Source: Mobula hypostoma (lineage: Eukaryota). Taken from it: a DNA stretch of 64,000 bases. The notes below the pieces were generated by a model. It searched no databases and was not told the DNA's origin. It saw only the letters and a program-made list of their open reading frames with translations. Shown in pieces: positions 37,826 to 51,205 of this stretch. Where the stretch lies: assembly GCF_963921235.1 (NCBI RefSeq), contig NC_086097.1:221032001-221096000 (forward strand). The letters run 5' to 3'. The position numbers and the translations under genes are program-made. The first letter of the stretch is position 1. Each line of letters opens with the position of its first letter.

Positions 37826-38442
37826 ATTTTAATTCCACGTCCCATTCCCATTTTGATATGTCTATCCATGGCCTCCTCTACTGTCAAGATGAAGCCACAC
37901 TCAGGTTGGAGGAACAACACCTTATATTCCGTCTGGGTAGCCTCCAACCTGATGGCATGAACACTGACTTCTCTAACTTCCTTAATGCCCCACCTCCCCT
38001 TCGTACCCCATCCCTTATTTATTTATTTGTTTATTTATGTATTTATTATTTCCCTCCCTTTTTCTCTCTTTTTTCTCCCTCTGTCTCTCTCACTATAACT
38101 CCTTGCCCATCCTCAGGGCTCCCCTCCCCCTTTCTTTCTCCCTCGGCCTCCCGTCCCATGATCCTCTCCCTTCTCCAGTCTCGTATCCCTTTTGCCAATC
38201 CACTTTCCAGCTCTTAGCTCCGTCCCTCCCCCTCCTGTCTTCTCCTATCATTTCGGATCTCCCCCTCCCCCCCCCACTTTCAAATCTCTTACTATCTCTT
38301 CTTTCAGTTAGTCCTGAAGGGTCTTGGCCCGAAATGTTGACTGTACCTCTTCCTATAGATGCTGCCTGGCCTGCTGCGTTCCACCAGCATTTTTCGTGTG
38401 TTGCTTAAATTCCCAGCATTTGAAGATTTCCTTGTGTTTGCA
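37826..38442 (+). mobile_element. Penelope-like family B 3' fragment (hammerhead core partly deleted)
   Basis: MSIHGLLYCQDEATLRLEEQHLIFRLGSLQPDGMN; pLTR with GTCCTGAAGGG (3-nt core deletion). Confidence 0.9.
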
Positions 38443-39754
38443 TTTTGAAATATGTTTACTGTAGGTTTTGGCAATTGATGGTAGGGATGGATTTGGTGAG
38501 CCAAAGGCCTGTTTATATATATAGGCGTACAAAATTATTTCTGTCAGAATGCAGAAAAGCTATGAAACTCATTTCAAATGAAGGTTGGACTTTGAATATT
38601 TTGAAGGCAGAGGTAGATAGATTCTTGATAAGTGGGGTGGGGTGTGTTGTGAAGGTTTATAATAGATAGACAGATTTGAGTTGACAGTATGAGCTGTGAT
38701 CTCACTAACTGATAGAGCAGGCTGTGTGCTCCTAACTGGTATGTTTGTATGTCTGCTTAGAGTTCAGTGAAACCATCTTTCACTGCTTAAAAGAAGTTTA
38801 GATCCTCGTATGTTTGTATGTTCATTTTAATGGACACTATAGTCCTTCTGAATTTGTGCAAATAATGGAATCAGTTCACTCCCCATTAAGTTACTGACCA
38901 TGTCCATAGACTTCTATCATCAGTGACTTGTTCATTATATTCGTTGCAGTACATCACTTTCCTGTTCATCTTTCAAGCACAAAGGTGTGATGTCCACTAC
39001 CAATGCAGTGGCTGCAACCCCTTCAGTGTTGCTGCTTTGAAAGGTAAATAGCAGAGGTGAAGCAATGGTAACAGAGCAATCATTTCTGAAGGCAGCTGAC
39101 TTCGATCTCCATTGCCATGAAAAGCACATCAAATTCCAGCCTCGTGGCAATCTCGGAATTTAATATCCTTACACAATAAATGATGTAAGTAAGGAAATGG
39201 AGGTGGTGCTGAAGGTAGAGTGGGAAATCAAGAAAATATTTTGTTGTGGAAGGAGAGATAGTGAACACTGATGGTGATAAGGGGAAGGGAGTGTGGTCAT
39301 AGGTGCTGTCGGCGGGTTGGTGTTGGGGAAAGTGGGTTGAGATCATAATGTTGCTTGGTTGGGGTGCTGGGAGATTGAACATTTTGCTGTATGGGAATGT
39401 GAAGGAAGGGAAGGGAAAGGAATGGATCCTAGACATTTCTTGTGTTCAAGGTTGATATAATTCTTTGGTGTGGGCGCTGTTTTGTTCCGTTTAGTGTGAT
39501 CTGCCGGAGGTTCAGGTACAGAGATAGCACACACATGTGTGTCAGCAGGTCGAGCAGCCACCAAAGTGTCTGGGGATTAGCAAGGTTAAAGGATATAGGT
39601 GAGCAATTGAAGGTATGGACTCGAGATTGGGGTGATGGAGTTAATGGGGGCTCTTGAGGCTGTTGTAAGTTTAAGCATTTTATTAACCTACAGTGTCCCC
39701 TGTTATGCATCGTGTTATATTGCCCTGCAGTCCTTGCAGAGGCACGCTGAAGAG

Positions 39755-39975
39755 TGTTCAATATTTCAGTAATATTGTAAATATATTGTTTGATTAAGCA
39801 TTCTTTGTCCATGTAATTCATCCCAGGTTACATGTAAGACGTACATGATTGGCGAACGTCATTATGCCACTACATCACACATGAGCACCTCTCTAAAGAG
39901 GACCCGAGTACACAAGTATCCACGGCTGCCGTGTTTTTCTTTCAATTGGTTTCTGGAATTACAAAACATAAGACA
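39755..39975 (+). mobile_element. Diverged solo LTR related to the LTRs of 4896-8411
   Basis: Aligns by eye to the reverse complement of 4896-5128 (ATATTGTTTGATTAAGCATTCTT...CAGGTTA...TTTCTTTCAATTGGTTT...CATAAGACA). Confidence 0.55.
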
Positions 39976-40202
39976 AGTGCCCAGGGTCATCTGCTGTCAG
40001 TTCCCCTCGTGCCATCATGACACTTCCTCACATTGTTGAGCTATGGAAGAGCACGGTCAAATTTCCAGATACTTTATACTGTATACTTTATTGTCACCAA
40101 ACAATTGATACTAGAATGTACAATCGTCATAGCGATATTTGATTCTGCGCTTGTATTTGATATGGCAGTGATTTGACTCAGTAACGTTTACAAACCTGAT
40201 TT

Positions 40203-42990
40203 ACCATAAGACCATAAGACAAAGGAGCAGAATTAGGCCATCTGGCCCATCGAGTCTGCTCCACCGTTCAATCATGGCTGATCCTTTTTTTTCTATCTCC
40301 TCCTCAACCCCGGTTCCCGGCCTTCTCCCCGTGACCTTTGATGCCGTGTCCAATCAAGAACCTATCAATCTCTGCCTTAAATACAGACAACAACCTGGCC
40401 TCCACAGCTGCACGTGGCAACAAATTCCACAAATTCACCACGATTTAGCTAAAGAAATTTCTCCACATCTCTGTTTTAAAAGGGCGCCCCTCTATCCTGA
40501 GGCTGTGCCCTCTTATCCTACACTCTCCCACCATGGGAAACATCCTTTCCATATCTACCATGTCTAGGCCTTTCAACATTCGAAAAGTTTCAATGAGATC
40601 TCCCCCTCATCTTTCTGAATTCCAGTGAGTACATACCCAGAGCCATCAAATGTTCCTAGTATGATAACCCTTTCATTCCTGGAATCATCCTTGCAAACCT
40701 CCTCTGGACCCTCTCCAATGCCAGCACATCTTTTCTAAGATGAGGGGCCCAAAACTGTTCACAATACTCAAGGTGAGGCCTCACCAGTGCCTTATAAAGC
40801 CTCAGCATCACATCCCTGCTCTTGTATTCCAGACCTCTTGAAATGAATGCTAACATGGCATTTGCCTTCCTCACCACTGACTCAACCTGAAAGTTAACTT
40901 TCAAGGTGCTCTGCACAAGGACTCCCAAGTCCATCTGCATCTCAGATTCCAGGAATTTCTCCCGTTTAGAAAATAGTCTGCGCATTTATTTCTACTACCA
41001 AAGTGCATTGCCATGTATTTTCCAACATTGTATTTCATTTGCCACTTCCTGGCCCATCCTCCTAATCTGTCTAAGTCCTTCTGCATCCTACCTGTTTCCT
41101 CAACACTACCTGCCCCAACAATCTTTGTATCATCTGCAAACTTGGCAACAAAGCCATCTATTCCATCATCTAAATCGTTGATCTACAGCATAAAAAGAAG
41201 TGGTCCCAGCACCGACCCCTGTGGAACACCACTAGTCACTGGCAGCCAACCAGAAAAGGATCTTTTTATTCCCACTCGCTGCCTCCTACCAATCAGCCAA
41301 TGCTCTAACCATGTTCGTAACTTTCCTGTAATACCATGGGCTTTTAACTTAGTAAGCAGCCTCTTGTGTGGCACTTTGTCAAAGGCCTTCTGAAAGTCCA
41401 AATATACAACCTCCACTACATCCCCTTTATCTATCCTACTTGTAATCTACTCAAAGAATTCCAACAGGTTCATCAGGCAGGATTTTCCCTGAAGGAAACC
41501 ATTCTGACTTTGTACTATCTTGTCCTGTGTCACCAAGTACTCCATCACCTCATCCTTAACAATTGACTCTAACATCTTCCCAACCACAGAGGTCAGACTA
41601 ATTGGTCTATAATTTCCTTCCTGCTGCCTTCCTTTTTTAAAGAGCGGAGTAACGTTTGCAAATTTCCAGTCCTCTGGCACCATGCCAGAGTCCAATGAGT
41701 TTTGAAAGATCATTTCTAATGCCATCACAATCTCTAATGCTACCTCTTTCAGAACTCTAGGATGCAGTTCCTGTGGTCCGGGTGACATATTTATCTTTAG
41801 GTCTTTCAGCTTTTTGAGCACCTTCTCTTTTGTAACAGTGACTGTACCCAGTTCTCTTCCTTCAAACACTACAACATCAGGCATACTCCTAGTGCCTTCC
41901 ACAGTGAGGGCTGACACAAAATACTCATTTAGTTCATCAGCCATCTCCTTGTTCCGTTATTACTTCTCCTGCCTCATTTTCTAGTGGACCTATATCCACT
42001 CTCATTTCTCTTTTGTTTTTAACGTACTTGAAAAAACTTCTCCTATCCACTTTGATATTGTTTGCTAGCTTGCTTTCATATTTTATCTTTTCCCTTCTAA
42101 TGATTCTTTTAGTTGCTCTCTGTAGGTTTTTAAAAGCTTCCCAATCCTCTGTCTTCCCACTAATTTTTGCTTTGTTGTATGCCCTTTCTTTTGCTTTTAC
42201 AATAGCTTTGACTTCCCTTGTCAACCACAGTTGTACTATTTTACCATTTGAGTATTTCTTCATTTTTGGAATACATATGTCCTGTACCTTCATCATGTTT
42301 CCCAGAAACACACGCCATTGCTGCTTTGCTGACATCTCTGCCAGCAGTTTCTTCCAATTTACTTTGGCCAACTTCTCTCTCAGACCACTGTAATTCCCCT
42401 TACTCCACTGAAATACTGCTATACCAGACTTTACTTTCTTCCTATCAAATTTCAAGTTGAAATCAATCACATTGTGATCACTGGTTCCTAAGGGTTCTTT
42501 GATCTTAAGCTCCGTAATCGCCTCCAGTTCATTACATAACACCCAATCCAGTATAGCTGATCCCCTAGTAGGCTCAATGACAAACTGCTCTCAAAAGCTA
42601 TCTCTTAGGCATTCAACAAACTCACTCTCTTGAGATCCATTTCCAACTTGATTTTCCCAATCGACCTGCATGTTAAAATCTCTCATGACTACCATAACAT
42701 TGCCCTTTCGACTCACCTTTTCTATTCCCTGTTGTAGCCTGTGGTCCACCTCCCAGCCACTGTTGGGAGGCCTGTATATAACTGCCATCAACATCGTTTT
42801 ACCCTTGTAGTTTCTTATCTCAACCCACAAGGATTCAACATCTTCGGATCCTATGTCACATCTTTCTACTGATTTGATGCCATTCTTTACCAGTAGAGCC
42901 ACAACACCCCCTCTGCCTACCTTCCTATCCCTCCGATATAATGTGTAACCTTGGACATTCAGCTCCCAACTACAACCATCCTTCAGCCAG
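40203..42990 (-). mobile_element. Long degraded CR1 ORF2 (APE endonuclease + RT)
   Basis: VIYRPPNSG, MRDFN, GTSDHNVI, NYRPISLTSVVGK, YLDFQKAFDKV, GVPQGSVLGP, RPHLEYC; multiple frameshifts. Confidence 0.93.
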
Positions 42991-43059
42991 GATTCACTGA
43001 TTTATTACAGACAAGGTCAGTTTTCAGAGAATCATGGAAAAGTGAAGGAGAGAAAGGAA

Positions 43060-43720
43060 TTCTCTTGATCCCCTCATCCATGTGACTAGGATGCCTGTCC
43101 ATGCTATTCCCATTGGCTTGCATTATGGCCAAAATCTCTCTACTCCTTTCCTCTCCAAATACCAGTCCAAATACTTTTGTAGTAGTATCAGCCTCCTCTG
43201 GCAGATTGTTCCTTACATTCACCACACTGTGTGTGAAAATTTTACCACCCAGATCCCTTGTAAATTTCTCCTCTCTCAACTTAAAACTGTATTCAGTAGT
43301 TTGTGATTCCAATGCCCTGGGAAATGATTCAATTTATACTGTTGATACCCATTATAATTTTGTAGATCTCCTTAAGGCTATCTCCCAGCTCCCTATATCC
43401 CTGTGAGAATAAACCTAGCATCTGTAACAGTCTATCATTCATTGACTCTATCCACTCTCTTCTTACAGCTACAGCCCTTGGTTTCAGACAAAAACCCTGG
43501 TGAGTGTCTTCTGCCCTGTCTCTGTTGCTACCACATTCTTCCTGTGTTGTGGTGACCAGATCTGCACGAAGTGCAGTCTAGCCAATGCTTTCCATAACCA
43601 CAACACAATACTTCAGCTCTTATACTCAACGCCTCAGGTTTTGAAGGCAGACATATTAAATGCTTTATTCACCTCTGGTGCCGTTTTCAGGCGGCTGTGG
43701 ACATTCACTTGCAATAGTCG
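43060..43720 (-). mobile_element. Old CR1 3' fragment
   Basis: KLREEKFTRDLGGKIFTHSVVNVRNNLPEE. Confidence 0.65.
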
Positions 43721-44217
43721 GCCTTCAATTTTATCTTAGACATTAAGCGCTTCTTACCTGAACTTTAGTCATTTCTACTTCTAGAATAGATACAAGTGCT
43801 ACTTTGCTTCATAAAATCTTTATCTTTTTCACTGTGTGCTGTTCAGAATTTCTATATGCATCTTTTACCACTGTTCTCTTCATATTCTGATGATATTTAA
43901 AACCATCTGGCCTCCTCCCACCTTCTTGCTCTGACTTCTCATCTTTTTTTCCAGTCCTTTTGACGGTCACGGCTCAAAACTCTGTTTACCCTTTTCCTGA
44001 CCTGCTGAGTTCCTCCAGAATTTTGTGTGTGTTGCTCTGGGTTTCCAGCACTGTAGTACTTTCTCATGTTTGCTATTCCATAGATTTTCTGGTTTGTTTC
44101 TCATGGTCCCTTCTAGAACATTCCTCAGGTTAAGGAAACTATATTGGAGCAAAGGCATGGTTTTCGCCTCATCCCAGACACACAGCGTGAATTATGATTC
44201 TGATCATAAGTCAGTTC

Positions 44218-44893
44218 TGTCACAGATAGACAGGGTTGTAAAGAAGGCTTTTGGCATCCTGGCATTCACAAATCAAAGTACTGAGTATAGGAGTTGGGAT
44301 GTTATGGGGAGGTTGTATAAGACATTGGTGAGGCCAAATTTGGAGTATTGTGTGCAGTTCTGGTCACCTAACTATGGGAAGGATATCAGTAAGATTGTAA
44401 GAGTGCAGAGAAGATTTACTAGGATGTTGCTGGGTCTTCAGGAGTTGAGTTACAGGGAAAGATTGAACAGGTTAGGACTTTATTCCTTGGAGCGTAGAAG
44501 AATGAGGGGAGATTTGATAGAGGTTTACAAAATTATGAGGGGTATAGACAGAGTAAATGTGAATAGGCTCTTTCCACTTAGATTAGGAGAGATAAATATG
44601 AGAGGACATGGCCTTAGGATGAAACGGGAAAGGTTTAGGGGGAACATTAGGGGGAACTTCTTCACTCAGAGAGTGGTGGGAGTGTGGAATGAGCAGCCAT
44701 CTGATGTGGTAAATATGGGCTCACTCTTAAGTTTTAAGAAGAAATTGGATGGGTACATGGATGGGAGAGGTTTGGAGGGTTATGGACTGGATACAGGTCA
44801 ATGGGACTAGTGGAATAATGTTTCGGCACAGACTTGAAGGGATGAGTGGCCTGTTTTCTGTGCTGTAGTGTTCTATGGTTTTATGGTTCTATG
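44218..44893 (+). mobile_element. CR1 3' fragment
   Basis: SQIDRVVKKAFGILAF..RPNLEYCVQFWSP..FFTQRVVGVWN; (TTCTATGG)n tail. Confidence 0.93.
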
Positions 44894-44924
44894 ATCAAGG
44901 AGCAAACTATGTAATTTGGTAATA

Positions 44925-45160
44925 AACGCAAACAACAGGAATTCTGCAGATGCTGGAAATTCAAGCAACATACATCAAAGTTGCTGGTGAACGCAGCAGG
45001 CCAAGCAGCATCTATAGGAAGAGGCGCAGTCGACGTTTCAGGACGAGACCCTTCGTCAGTCCTGACGAAGGGTCTCGGCCTGAAACGTCGACTGCGCCTC
45101 TTCCTATAGATGCTGCTTGGCCTGCTGCGTTCACCAGCAACTTTGATGTATGTTGTTTGT
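44925..45160. mobile_element. Fold-back Penelope-derived mini-element with hammerhead
   Basis: 94-bp inverted arms 44966-45059 / 45062-45155 with one mismatch; 15-bp TSD TGTAATTTGGTAATA (44910-44924, 45161-45175). Confidence 0.92.
45058..45093 (+). ncRNA. Minimal hammerhead ribozyme motif
   Basis: AGTC CTGACGA AGGGTCTCGGCCT GAAA CGTC GACT. Confidence 0.72.
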
Positions 45161-45500
45161 TGTAATTTGGTAATATTTCGTTAGTGTGTGACACCAAGAT
45201 TACAGCAATGACTATTTCCCAACTAGTAACAGATCACTTAAAATTAGGAGGATACTTAGAATACTCTTTAACTTGCCTACAAACATCACATTTCTGAAAA
45301 TAAAAGCAAAGCAAAGTGAAAACATGGTTAAAGGGTCAGCACAACATCATATGGCCAGAAAGGCCTGTATTCTGTCGCACTGTTCTCTGTTCTATGTTTA
45401 AATGTGGAGGGCATCTATTTGCTATTTGTTTTACTCCTTTGTATGAGAGCTTAAGGTTGTGGTGGGATGTGATTGATATACTGTACAAGAAGCCTGTATA

Positions 45501-47647
45501 TACTCAGTGGCCACATTATTTACTAGCCAATCATGTGGTAGCAACTCAATGCATGAAAGCATGCAGACATGCGTAAGAGGTTCAGTTGTTGTTCAGACCA
45601 AATATCAGAAAGGGGAAGAAATGTGATCTAAGTGACTTTGACCATGGAAAGATTGCTGGTGCCAGAGGGCAGGTTTGAATATCTCAGACCCGCCAATCTC
45701 CTGGGATTTTCACACACAACAGTCTCTACAGAGTGTATAAAGAATGATGCAAAAAACAAAAAAAAAATCATTGTTGCTGTCTTGAGGCAAATCCGGGTGG
45801 ACAAATCCCTAGGGCCTGACAAGGTCTTTCCTCTGACCTTGTAGGAAGCAAGTGCAGAGATTGCAGGGGCCCTTGCAGAGATATTTAAATCATCCTTAGT
45901 GACAGATGAGGTGCCTGAGTATTGGAGGATAGCTAATGTTGTTCTGCTGCTTAAGTAAGGCTCTAAGAATAAACCAGAAAATTGTAGGCTGATGTGCCTG
46001 ACATCACTAGTGGGAAGGTTATTGAACGTATTCTAAGGGACCAGATAGATAAGTATTTGGATAGACAAGAACTGATTAGGGATAGTCAACATGGCTAAGG
46101 GATGAGATATATGAGTAATTGAATAGACAGTGACTGATTAGAGATAGTCAGCATGACTTTATATATGGCAGGTCATCTCCAACTAATCTTATAGAGTTTT
46201 TTGAGGAAATTACCCGGAAAGTTGATGAAGGCAAGGCAGTGGATGTTGTCTACATGCACTTCAGCATGGCATTTGACAAGGCTCTGCATGGGAGATTGGT
46301 CAAGAGGGTTCAGTCACTTGGCGTTCAAGATGAGACTTTGGCTTTGTGGGAGAAGCCAGAGAGAGGTCATAGAAAGCTGTTTCTCTGACTGGAGGCCTGC
46401 GACTAGTGGAGAGCTGCAAGAATCAGTGCTGGGTCCATTGCTGTTTGTCATCTACATTGCCGACCTGGAAGATAACGCGGTTAACTGGATGAGCAAATTT
46501 GCAGGTGACTCCAAGACTCGGGGAGCAGTGGTCAGCGAGGAAGACTACCAAAATTTTCCATGGGAGTTAGACCAACTGAAAAATGGCAGATGGAATTTAA
46601 TGCAAACCAGTGAGAGGTGTTGCACTTTGGTAGCACCTGCCAGGGTATGTCTTACACAGTGAGCGGTAGGGCACCGAGGAGTGTGGTAGAACAACAGGAT
46701 CTGGGAATGCAGGTCCTTAATCTTTGAAAATGGCATCACAGGTAGATAGGGTCGCAAAGAAAGCTTTTGGCACATTGGCCTTCATATGTCAAAGTGCTGA
46801 GTTGAGATGTTATGTTGAAGTTGTAAAAGATGTTGGTAAGGCCTAATTTGGAGTATTGTGTGCAGTTTTGCTCACCTATCAACAGGGAAGATGTAAATAA
46901 GATTGAAAGAGTACAGAGAAAATTTACAAGGATGTTGCTGGGACTGGAGGAGTTATAAGGAAGGATTGAATAGGTTAGAAGTTAATTCTCTAGAACATGG
47001 AAGTATGAAAGGAGTTTTGATAGAGATGTAAAAAATTTGAGCAGTAAATGCATGCAGGCTTTTTCCATTGAGATTGGGGAGACTATGACTAGAGATCATG
47101 GATTAAGGGTGGAAGCTGAAATGTTTAAGGGGAACATGAGGGGCAACTTATTCGCTCAGAGGGTGGTGAGAATATGGAATGAACTGCCAGCTCAAGTGGT
47201 GGATGCGATTGTAATTTCAGTGTATAAGAGAAATTTGGACAGGTTCATGGATAGGAAGGTTATGGAGGTCTATGGTTTGGGTGCAAATCAATGGGGCTAG
47301 GCAGTTTAAATGGTTTGGCACAGACAAATGGACTGAATAGCCTGTTTCTGTAGTGTAGTTTTCCATGACCCCATGACTGTATCCAGTGAACAGCATTTCT
47401 GAGGGTGAAAACACTTCGTTAATGTGCAAGGTCAGAGGAGAATGGCCAGACTGGTTCAAGCAGACAGGAATGCGACAGTAACTCAAAGAACCACATGTTA
47501 CAACAGAGGTGTGCAGAAAAGCATCTCTGAATTCACAACACATCAAACCTTGATGTAGATGGGCTACAGCAGCAGAAGACCATGAACAAACACTCTGTGG
47601 CCACTTCTTTAGGTACAGAAGGTACCTAATAAAGTGGCCACTGAGTG
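45501..47647 (+). mobile_element. Internally deleted Tc1-like transposon split by a CR1 insertion
   Basis: TIRs (T/C)ACTCAGTGGCCAC / GTGGCCACTGAGTG with TA flanks; transposase N-terminus GKKCDLSDFDHG..LLGFSHTTVS, resuming at ~47380 with GQRRMARLVQADR..GYSSRRP. Confidence 0.85.
45770..47378 (+). mobile_element. Degraded CR1 RT region
   Basis: DKSLGPD, ESVLGPLLFVIYI, RPNLEYCVQF, FAQRVVRIWNELP. Confidence 0.88.
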
Positions 47648-47779
47648 TATGCCTTCATGGTAATTAAATGTGGAAGTGAAGATGAATTATATTTTAAGCA
47701 AGCATGTTCTGATTGAGTTTTGAATATATTATTGCAGTCTCAAATCTAATCCCTTATCAACAATCTTTAGTTGGTGTAA

Positions 47780-48030
47780 GTTTCATCTTGGTCCAAGTTA
47801 ATGTAAGTAATGACAATTAGAAATAAACCCTCATCTCAGACTTTAAGAGTGAGGGAGAGCTGCGTGTATTAAATAATGAATGAATGAAAACAACCCTAAT
47901 GAAAGTATATGTTTCATCTTGATCCAAATGAGAGTAACTAATGGCAATTAGAAACAAACTCTCATCTCAGACTTTAAGTGTGAGGGAGGGCTGCATAAGA
48001 AGTGAATTAAAATAACTTCAGTGAAAGTAA
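47780..48030. repeat. Local tandem duplication (~132-bp unit, 2 copies)
   Basis: GTTTCATCTTG.TCCAA...CAATTAGAAA.AAAC.CTCATCTCAGACTTTAAG.GTGAGGGAG.GCTGC at 47780 and 47912. Confidence 0.8.
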
Positions 48031-48183
48031 ATCAAGGATGCATCTTTGTTAGCCTTGTACACTTAAAGAAGGTCATGTAAGATGTAAAGTGAAAAGCAAA
48101 GTATGAAGCTAACAGCTAAAAGGGATTTCTTTCTAATACAGTGTGTTATGAGTTAACTGGTTTCCAGCCGTCCATTGTGTTAA

Positions 48184-48740
48184 TAGAAACATAGAAAATA
48201 GGTGCAGGAGTAGGCCATTCGGCCCTTCAAGCCTACACCGCCATTCAGTATGATCATGGCTGATCATCCAACTCAGAACCCTGTACCAGCCTTCTCTCCA
48301 TACCCCCGATCCCTTTAGCCACAGGGGCCATATCTAACTCCCTCTTAAATATAGCCAATGAACTGGCCTCAACTGTTTCCTGTGGCAGAGAATTCCACAG
48401 ATTCACCACTCTCTGTGTGAAGAAGTTTTTCCTAATCTCAGTCCTAAAAGGCTTCCCCTTTATCCTCAAACTGTGACCCCTTGTTCTGGACTTCCCCAAC
48501 ATCGGGAACAATCTTCCTGCATCTAGCCTGTCCAATCCCTTTAGGATTTTATATGTTTCAATAAGATCCCCCCTCAATCTTCTAAATTCCAACGAGTACA
48601 AGCCCAGTTCATTCAGTCTTTCTTCATATGAAAGTCCTGCCATCCCAGGAATCAATCTGGTGAATCTTCTTTGTACTCCCTCTATGGCAAGGATGTCTTT
48701 CCTCAGATTAGGGGACCAAAACTGCACACAATACTCCAGT
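48184..48740 (-). mobile_element. Young CR1 3' fragment
   Basis: Nearly identical to 11828-12378. Confidence 0.95.
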
Positions 48741-49504
48741 TGATGGCTGAGAAACTGTGCTGTTTTGTACCTTACAGAGCTAGAGCTAAAATGAAACATA
48801 AAAGATCATTTAGGCCAAAAGTGAAAAATAAATGATCAGCGTTGCATTATTAGAAAAAAAAACATGCCTTGAAAGAGTGAAAATAAAATGCAGAAGGAAT
48901 CAACAAAAAATAAAAAAATAAGAATATTAAAACAATGGAAACAGCAGAATGGATGCAACAGAAAAGGACAAGAAACTTAATTAGTTACAAACACATACTT
49001 CAAACACAAAATAATTCTGACACCATCCCCCTGAAAAAAACAAGGTTATGTTTGTTCTTAATTGTTCAGAGGAGCTGCCTGGGTGCAGGCTGTCCTGCTG
49101 CCTGATACCGGAAGACATTGGGGTTGGTCTGCGAAAGCAGCATCCAGTGTCACTGCGAGAAACTGTCTTGGATGTTTCTCTTGTGATCACAAGACACTGT
49201 TGGACATTAATAATGTGAGATGCTGCTGACCTGTTTCCTTGTTTGGTGGTGAGACAGGTGACGAGGCAGCAGCGTGGCCTTGGTTGTAGCAAGGACAAGG
49301 CCTCAAACGGGCTTGCCTGTTGCTGGAGTCTCGGAGAGATGACACTGGAGATGGTGTCTGTGATCTGTTGGGAGCTGGCCTCTCACATTAGTGCTGCCCT
49401 CTAGTGTTTGACTGGCAGAAGGACAGGCTGGATTGCCAGGAGCTGTACCATCAATTTGTGTGTCCACAGGGACTTGGACTATACATGTGTTTTCTTGTGT
49501 GACG

Positions 49505-49505
<1 letters not shown>

Positions 49506-49557
<52 letters not shown>

Positions 49558-49561
49558 TGTG
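49506..49561. repeat. (GT)n microsatellite
   Basis: Directly visible. Confidence 0.95.
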
Positions 49562-49680
49562 CTTTCTCCCTTGCTATTGTGAATGTATGTTATGCACCTG
49601 GAACCCAGAGGAACACTGTCTAGATCAACTGTGTGCCTGTATGATCTGAATGATAATAAAACTTGATTTGATTTGATTTG

Positions 49681-50365
49681 AGAAGATGGCGGCGCGACAC
49701 AGCGCGCGCAACCTCTCCGGTGAAATGATATCGTATTTGTTAAATAGGGGCCGTGCACAATCCTGATTTGATGGAGACGGACCTGAGAAGCTCGGAGGAA
49801 CATCTGGAGAAACTTCTGAAATGCCCGGTTCACTGCTGCTGCTACTGTGCGATGGAGAATCTCCGGAGGGGAATGCCCCAAATCCTCGGCTCTGCCTGTT
49901 GCTGGCAGCCGGAGCTGGGGTCAAAGCGCTCGGCAGAGATGGTGCTCGGTGCTCGGTGTCGGAAGGCTGGTCGGAGGCTCAAAGTTTTCGGACGGACTGA
50001 GAGACGGACTGAGAGTCGGACTGTGGTCAGGTGCTTCCAGGATGCTGCATCGGCAAGTTTGCGGTGCTGGAAGCTCATGGCAGGGAGGGTTCCTTCTACT
50101 GTCTGCGTGAGATGTTGGAACTTTGAGAGATTTTGAGACATTTTTTACCATGCCCATGGTCTGTTCTTCTATCAAATTACGGTATTGCTTGCACTGTTGT
50201 AACTATATGTTATAATTATGTGGTTTTTGTCAGTTTTTCGGTCTTGGTCTGTCTTGTGTTTCTGTGATATCACACTGGAGGAACATTGTATCATCTCTTA
50301 ACACATGCATTACTAAATGACAATAAAAGAGGACTGCATGTCTTCATCACCTAATCTAATCTAAT
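49681..50365 (+). mobile_element. Full-length non-autonomous retroelement (GC-rich head, Rex1/Babar-like tail)
   Basis: Starts AGAAGATGGCGGCGCG, ends TGACAATAAAAGAGG...(CTAAT)3; inserted in the (TTTGA)n tail of another element; second copy at 7697-8350. Confidence 0.72.
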
Positions 50366-51205
50366 TTATTGATTTGATTCTGTGCAACCATAGTAAACCA
50401 ATAGATAATCGATAGTGTCACTAAGAAGGCAGTTCCACGTCTCCTTTATTTTGTGTTACCCTTTACAAATGCTAACCAGGCCATATATTTTTATGTGGCA
50501 TTATCAGAGACACTATGTAACAAAAACGTAATATATAAATTTTTCTCTCAACAGAAAAAATAGTATTTTATTAAAAATGGGCATATGCTATTCTCATAGG
50601 ACAATTAAAAATATCACTGACAGCAGCAGTAATCTTTGACAACTATTTTTTTTTACACTTGCTGTACATTAAGCTAGTGCTAATCTGATTATGAACTGTG
50701 GTACAGTAAGTTTACTGTAAAAAGTACCATGCAATGTATTTAAACTTGATACTGTACTGCAACATGAGTACTATTTATTCAGTGAACTTGAAAGGCCCTT
50801 TGATGTCATTTTACTGTCCAGCTGCTTTGTAAGAATAAACTACTAAAATTTATTTTTGGTACTTAAGTTGCGTGCCCAACATATAATATCTAATATCCAA
50901 CTTTAGAACCATAAACTGAATTAGCTGAAGATAAGGATTCAGTACTCCTTTTCCCCTTTACAGGCCTTATTTTTATCTTTAGTTTCGATTTCCCTACCTC
51001 TTTCTTGAAGCAGCATGATTATTTTCTTTTGGGGTCCAACATATGAGTGCCAGAAGAAGACTGTAACATTCATCCAGAAAAGCCAACCGTGTGATCCATC
51101 TTGGCTTCCTCCTGAAATCTCCCTGTCACTGGATACAGCAAAGGCTGAGACCGGGCAACATCTCGCTCGAGAACCCTTCCCAGCTAAGTACAAACAGTAT
51201 AGGCA

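Noticed and set aside
38950..39043. Plus-strand 94-nt exon (ttgcag...AAG|gtaaat)
   Set aside because: Weak pyrimidine tract, unrecognisable translation, and opposite strand to the stronger cassettes.
46050..46160. ~65-bp duplication inside CR1
   Set aside because: Ordinary local duplication or template slip within a dead LINE.
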